Positions 57,586 through 64,000 of a stretch of 64,000 nucleotides of DNA are shown in pieces; the first letter of the stretch is position 1; every line of letters begins with the position of its first letter. Location: NCBI GenBank assembly GCA_964016885.1, contig OZ024743.1:103292001-103356000 (forward strand). The letters run 5' to 3'. The DNA is from Eledone cirrhosa (taxonomy: Eukaryota). Made by a program: the position numbers and the translations under genes. The notes beneath the pieces were generated by a model. It was not told the DNA's origin. It searched no databases and was given only the letters and a program-made list of their open reading frames with translations.

Positions 57586-57839
57586 ATATATTACACTCTG
57601 TATAGCTCTACACCTCATCACAGAACTGAACCTAAACATCGAGTGCTCTCCCGGGGGAACTTGCAGTAACTCCTAGTTACACCCCCTGGATATATATATA
57701 TATATATATAGGAAAATAGTCAGGACCCCGACGGCTGAGCTCCGGCTGTTTCGACAGCTAGATCCGAACTATTATATATATATATAATTACAAAATATGA
57801 GTAAATAATTGACAGAAATACACCTATTTTTTCTTCAAA

Positions 57840-57927
57840 GTCCCGACTGCAATTTCGCCGATCCGTGTGCAACTGTGCATTGTAAAAATGCATCATCGTT
57901 GTGAGGCAAATCGGCTTTTCAAGAGAC
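57840..57927 (-). ncRNA. Type I hammerhead motif, U3-A8 variant, long stem II (F13)
   Basis: Reverse strand GTCTC-TTGAAAA-GCCGATT-[~45 nt]-GATCGGC-GAAA-TTGCAGT-C-GGGAC. Confidence 0.8.
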
Positions 57928-58350
57928 ACCTCAGGAAAAGGGACTGTTCCTTGGCGCGTTTGCAGCAAGTGAGAAAATCTCTATAGGCGGAGGGAGGAAT
58001 TAAGGACTCTTTCTTTTGTAGTAAGTGAAAATATATCTAGAGGCGGAGGGAGAAATTAATAGATGATACAGTGATCACAGACGGGTAATACGGTGGACAA
58101 AAAGTGAATATCGTATTTGCTAGATAAAGCAGTTAGTACACTATCGGGTTACCTCGACCTTAGGGGAGTTTGAGATAATATAATAATGAGATATACACAT
58201 ATATCTAAATATTCATATGTATATGTGTGTGTGTGTGATGTGCGCCTTAACAAGGAGTGAAGAATAAGACGGATCAGCTATACATTATGGTTTGTTCCAA
58301 GTATTAAGAAATGTTCCATTGGTCCGATGTGTCTAAAGTTCTCGTTTACT

Positions 58351-58397
<47 letters not shown>

Positions 58398-59169
58398 ACG
58401 TACATACATATATGTATACAGACGTACAGTAGTATGTATATATATATATATATATATATACATACATGCACACATATATATATGTACGTATGGATTCACC
58501 GAACATTTATTATAATGCTCGGTGTGTTTGTAAACAAACATCCCGAATTAAGCCGTACAGTGTCTAGCAACCATTGTTGCTCATTTGTTCAAACCTTACA
58601 AAGGAACGATGTACTAGTTTCAAGCTTATTAGCTATCATCAGCAACGTATACCTTCCTGCCAGATGATTGAACCTCTGAAAGTATATACTTTCCTTATGC
58701 ATATTAACGGCTGAGCAGCCTAATTTGCATATCGAGTGAGTGTGCATGTATGTATATATATATACATACATGCACATACATTTTTTTTTCGGGGGTATGT
58801 GTTACCCATATGAAATGTCTCCCCCTATTGGGGAAAATCGACTAATTTTTAAATTACATTTGTCATAATATTTTACACGTTTTTATTGTATGTAAACTTC
58901 CCCCTTTGTATTTGTCCCCTTATTTTGTGCCCCTGTGGCTAATAAAGAAACATATCTATCTATCTATCGTTGATAGTAGACGTCTGTGACTTCGGCTGCG
59001 ACTTATTTGGATTTATATTACGAGTTGACTGTAAGTTTGTGTTGAATTTTATTTTATTTGTGTAAATTAACCTCCCGTCTAGGCTTGTAGACGGGTGGTT
59101 ATTTTATTTTCACTCCTTTTGGGGTGAAATTCTTCATTTGTAAAGTTTTTCTTGACTTGCAATTCAACA

Positions 59170-60503
59170 ATGGACGCCATACATGTAAACAACACTGCCA
59201 CGCCCCCAAAGGAAGGTGGGAGAGAGAAACAAGCAATTCATCCTGCTGAAATTTCCCTCTCCTCGCTTTTTGGTACGAATATGGAAGCGAATTTAACAAA
59301 TAATTGTGAATATTTGGGAAATAACCCCAAAAATGATAAAATTGAATCAAATGAAATTACTAATTACACAAACACAAATAACACCAACACCCAAAAAGAT
59401 GAAAATTACAGCAACAAAAATGAAGACAACACCAATAACATCAACACCAACACCAAAAAAAAATTGAAAACAACAGCAACAGCAATGAAAACAACCCAAA
59501 CACCAACAGCGACAACAAGGAAAATAAAAAAGTATCCTTTGCACAGACAGCCAAAAATCGATAACCTATGTTCCAGAAGATATAACAAACGCCAGAGAAC
59601 TGCTTGAAAGAGCAAAAAAATATGTAACTTTTGGCGAAAGTGGATCCTTTTCCATTAATTCGCCCCCAGAATTAAAAAAGCAAACCGAACGAAGAACAGT
59701 AGTTTTTAGAACAATTGCCAACAAAACCAGAAAATCAGCTCAACCGTCACAGAATGAGATTGAGCTGGTTCTAAAAGAGGTAATGAAAGACATCGTCTTC
59801 ATCCAAAAGGATAGACTCTATGGGAGTCTATCCATACTGATGAAAGATGAATTGGCGGCGCAGAAATACTCTGTTGCCAATTCGTTCCACGCATTACACC
59901 TTTTTCCCAACTTACATGGGAAAAAGTACCCAAAGGATCAACACGATAATTCCAATTATTGACTATTGGTGGCTACTAACTGGGTTCCCCAACCTAGATG
60001 AGGACAATTTAATCTCAGTAGGCAAGACATCCGCCAACGCGTTCAGCGGAACGGGCATCGAAATTCTGGCCCAAATGAGGCCGGAACGAATAGCCCAAAT
60101 CCCTGAACGCGTCATGCTGGATGAACGGAACTATTTCAGCATTATCGTTGAGGGTAGGTGGCCCTCTTGTTACCTCTGTGGAGGCAGAGGTCACCTAAGG
60201 GCTGCCTGTCCTCAGTTAAAAAATCCTCTGCTACCCACACCGCAAAAAACAACACCACCATCAACACCACAACAACAACAAACACAACAAACCAAAACAA
60301 ATCTGAACATGGTTACACCCCCCCCCCACCCACACACACATAAAACAAATACAAAAACACAACCTGACACAATAACACCACAAAATATACCCCTGTCCTC
60401 TAACACGCTCAAAGACCCCCTTACATCGGAGCGCAGCGAAGATGAAGGGGATCCTTTCCAACCCATAAAAAGAAAAAAAAGCATCACACAAACAAAAACC
60501 TAA
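59170..60503 (+). pseudogene. LINE ORF1 (zinc knuckle), frameshifted
   Basis: IIVEGRWPSCYLCGGRGHLRAAC (CX2CX4HX4C) with low-complexity N- and C-termini. Confidence 0.75.
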
Positions 60504-60987
60504 CGACAACACAAACAGGAAAAACAAACACAACACAAACCACCCCTCCCAAAAATACAACATAAACATCAACAAAAAACACTACACTGACACAGCTCTA
60601 CACATACATTAATTCTAGAAATAAAATATTTTTAAAAACTATCAAACAAAACCCTTCGGTGCAAACCGAAGGGCCAAATTAAAAATGATAAAAATGACAT
60701 TGAATGTTCATAAAACACTAAAAGACAATTTTAATGAGGACGCGGGCCCCCGCCCCCTTTGTAAAAACCCTTTAACCGCGTCCTCTTGAAAAATTTCCCC
60801 ACCCCACCCCAAACACCCACACCACAACAAACACCCAAACTCCACCACACACTGATGTCCCGACACTACCACAAACCCCCGCCCCCACCCAACAACCCCT
60901 CACACATCCCCATGGAAGTTGTGCGGACGTGTTCCCGGGACGCGATGAGGTAGGTGTCTTTTCTTTTTCTTCCCCTTCGCCGCCAAC

Positions 60988-63630
60988 ATGGCTAAATTGA
61001 GGGTAGGTTGTCTGAATGCGCGTGGTCTGGGCTCAAATTGGAAGCAAGCTAAACTTCTAAATGACCTCAGGTCACACTGTATAAATGTGATGGCTGATTG
61101 CGAGACCCGGATCAGCAGCGAGCGCCAGCTAGCCCTCAAATTTGATGACTTTGAGATCCAGGCATCTCTCTGTCAGCCGGGAGGTGGGGGTGGGGTTGTC
61201 GTTCTGCTGCAACAAATCTGGGCCTCGCAACGCAGACGCTGCACTTGAACCCGGAGGGTCGACTGGTGGTCCTAGACGTTGGCAGTGGTGAAGGTGGAGC
61301 AACCTTGAGGCTGGTAGCCGAGTATGCCCCTTTTGGGGCAGCGTGGCCGGATTTCTTCCAGCGTCTGGAGACTTTTCTAGGGACGTCCGGCTCCTTGCTT
61401 TTAGTGGGGGACTGGAATGGTATCCTAGATGCACGTTTGGAGTATGTAGGGGCATGACCCGATAGAGGGGTGTGTAACAGCCTCAAGAGGTTAATCGGCC
61501 AATTTGACCTGGCCGATAGATATCGACTAGATTTTCCGACTGTGCCAAACTGGACTTGGGAAAACAGCAGCGTATCATCTAGATCGTACCTAGATAGGGT
61601 CCTAGTTAGAAATAAGGATAGGGACCTAATAAGCTGTCCTGAAATGCTCATGGCTGGCTATTCGGACCACAAATTAGTGACCTGCATAGTCAACCTTGGT
61701 AGAACTCATAGACAGGGACCCGGTTACTGGAAGCTAATCTTGTCCTTACCGGCAAGTAAAGCTTACAGGGACCGGATTAGTACTTTAATTAAGGTGCGGT
61801 TGACGGGAACGATCGTCAACAACAGGTGGTGGGGCTCTCTGAAGATAGAGATTAGAGTAGTATCGATAGGTTTTAATAAGGAATTAGCCTCGGATAGGAA
61901 TAGGAAGGAAAGGGAGTTGATAGATAGAGTAGAAGAGGCCATTAGAAGCGGCAACGTGACCAGAGTGTTGGCGCTGAGAAGGGCTTTGGACCAGTTTTCC
62001 GACGCCAGGCACGAAGGCTGCGTTGTTAGAAGCAAAATACGTGCTCTAGGAAATGAGGGGCCAAAGCTATTAGCTGTCCACTATCCGGTCTTTGAGGGAC
62101 CAGGATGGACGGGTGAACCTGGACAGATGTGTGAGGCCTTTCAAAGGCACTTTGCACGACTCTTCGGAAGAGACGGGGGTACGGATGGGGATGTGGATTC
62201 CGGTCCATACCTCAACGGCCTACAGCGTCTGTCGGATCAAGTTCTGCGAGAGGCCAATTTCAGCTGCTGAAATAGGGGACGTGCTAAGCTAATGCGGCAA
62301 ATGCAAATCCCCGGGTCTCGATGGTCTTCCATACGAACTTTATCTACCTATGCCGGACTTGTTCTCCGATCTCCTCAAGGCGGTCTACTGCAACTGCCAG
62401 CAGAACGGGAGAATTCCCTGTTCTGTGACCAAGGGCGTAGTCTCGCTAGTGAGGAAGGACGAGAGCAAGGGGGATGACATTAGTAATTTTAGGCCCATAA
62501 ATCTGCTAAATGCAGAGTTAAGATTTTGGCCAAGGTGTTAGCAAAAAGGTTGGAGCTTGTCGAGGGCAACCTGGTGGGAGATGCGCAGACATGCGCTATC
62601 CCGTCCAGGTCCATTCACGACAACCTCCACCTCATGCGATACATCATAGAGAGGGTTCGAAATGAACGCGGCTTTGGTGGGGCCCTGATCAACTTGGATC
62701 ACTCTAAGGCGTTCGATAGGGTCGACCATGGTTACCTGGACGCGGTGCTAGCGGCGGCAGGTTTCGGACCCGTTTTCAGGGGCTGGATTACTGACATGCA
62801 CAGCAGCCGCATCTACTCGAGGGTCAAGGTGAACGACTACCTATCGGAGCCGTTCCAAATCACGCGGTCCATCCGACAGGGGTGCCCTCTCTCCTACCTT
62901 CTGTATGTGCTGGCTCTCGAGCCACTGCTGCTGAAGTTGGAGTTGTTGCAGGCTATACCTTTGGAACCGGGATTGCGGAAAGCGGTGTCGGCCGAACCGA
63001 TGACGTGACAGTAATGGTGTCGAGGACCTCGGAAATCGGGGCGATCGGCACCTTACTGGAGGAGTACGAAAGGTTTACAGGGGCGAAGCTGAACCGAGAC
63101 AAGTCAGTCGGTTTGCAACTCGGCACGTGGAGGGGCAAACCGATGCCTTCCGACGGCGTCGTCGGATGCTGGACGGAGGGCCCGGTGAAGCTGCTCGAGG
63201 TCTGGTTCGGACCAGACCTCCAGGTGGAGAAGAACTGGGGTGAAGTACCGAACAGGATGTTTGCACTGACGAAGAAGTGGGCCGAATGCAGACTATCCCT
63301 GAAAGGTCGGGCGGAGGTGGCGAACGCTTATATAACGTCCGTCATCTATTACCGCTTGACCGTCGTGCCTTGCCCAGATGAGACGCTCACTAAAATGGAG
63401 GGCTCCTTTGATGAGGAGATCCATCTGCTGTTAACACCCTTCGAAAGGAGGGCTGGAGATGCCGTGGCTGCAGATGCGTAAACACGCATTAAGGCTACGG
63501 CACCTCCAGGTATTTCTCATCGGTCAACCGGTGTGGGCGCCGTTTGTGAGGCGAGCCTTTCCGAGACTCATCTTGCTCACCGACTTGCAATCCTGGGGCA
63601 AGCAAAGACCGAGAAAACTGGGCGCCTGGC
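60988..63630 (+). pseudogene. LINE ORF2 (APE endonuclease + RT), multiple frameshifts
   Basis: CLNARGL, VGDWNGIL, SYLDRVLV, YSDHKLV, GPGYWKL, KSPGLDGLPYELY, FRPINLLN, KVLAKRL, LDHSKAFDRVDH, IRQGCPLS, TDDVT, LSLKGRA. Confidence 0.9.
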
Positions 63631-63634
63631 ACAC

Positions 63635-63860
63635 AAAAAGAAGAACAAGTCAACATGATTGGATACCATCAGAGTTGCAGGTGTTATATCAGAGTTTTCC
63701 TTCTCCTAGAATTCTGCCTTGACAAAGGCTAAGGGGTCATCTCTCCCGGTGATTTTGGATGGCCATTGACTCTTAAGAGCTCCTTTGCCCTTTGACAGGT
63801 TTTGTTTTTACTCCTGCAGGATGTCCAAAGTCATCCTCCTCATACATACATACATACATA
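63635..63860 (-). mobile_element. 5' part of the same non-autonomous RTE-type unit as the 56-57 kb array
   Basis: 63635-63740 near-identical to 56895-57000; extends ~100 bp further 5'. Confidence 0.8.
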
Positions 63861-63926
63861 ATATTATTATGTTTGTGAAATTATAAAACCAGAAGAACAT
63901 ACATACATACATACATACATAATATT

Positions 63927-64000
63927 GCCGAGGTTGACTTTGCCTTTCATCCTTACGGGGTCGATAAAATAAAGTACCAGTAATGCACTGGCCTTGTGCC
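63927..64000 (+). mobile_element. 5'-truncated SINE S1
   Basis: GCCGAGGTTGACTTTGCCTTTCATCCTTACGGGGTCGATAAAATAAAGTACCAG. Confidence 0.85.

Larger units (their letters stand above)
58968..63634 (+). mobile_element. L1/Tx1-type LINE, 3'-truncated, degenerate
   Basis: ORF1 with CCHC knuckle followed by an APE-RT ORF2; starts right after (TATC)n. Confidence 0.85.

Noticed and set aside
57720-57770. Apparent compensatory change in the F5 alternative hairpin (GCTGT/ACAGC)
   Set aside because: Both changes are CG>TG and CG>CA, explainable by CpG deamination, so they are not evidence of selection.
60731-60798. TTAATGA-stem-TCTT-GAAA-AATTTC hammerhead-like arrangement in the LINE spacer
   Set aside because: G5 absent, extra bases before GAAA and no stem I; kept only as a hairpin.

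Overview
AT-rich, microsatellite-saturated ((TA)n, (TG)n, (GA)n, (CATA)n) eukaryotic DNA with no supportable host gene. The repeat landscape suggests a cephalopod or other mollusc (inference). The window is dominated by Penelope-like retroelements (PLEs; RT plus C-terminal GIY-YIG endonuclease). These are a near-intact ~1,160-codon element with a large Asn-rich insert (29.9-33.9 kb), a full-length element between direct pseudo-LTRs (pLTRs; 34.4-38.3 kb), two inverted/palindromic copies (15.9-18.7 and 52.6-55.2 kb) and further remnants. By eye I find about 27 complete or near-complete type I hammerhead ribozyme (HHR) motifs in roughly 13 sequence families. They include compensatory U3-A8 cores and non-canonical cores. 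Many lie in short fold-back palindromes whose apex is in or beside the ribozyme, flanked by microsatellite. Also present: tRNA-derived SINEs, RTE-clade and R4-like LINE remnants, a tandem array of a non-autonomous RTE-type unit, a degenerate L1/Tx1-type LINE (59.0-63.6 kb) and a Tc1/mariner remnant. All motifs were read manually, so coordinates may be off by a few bases, and ribozyme activity is predicted, not shown.
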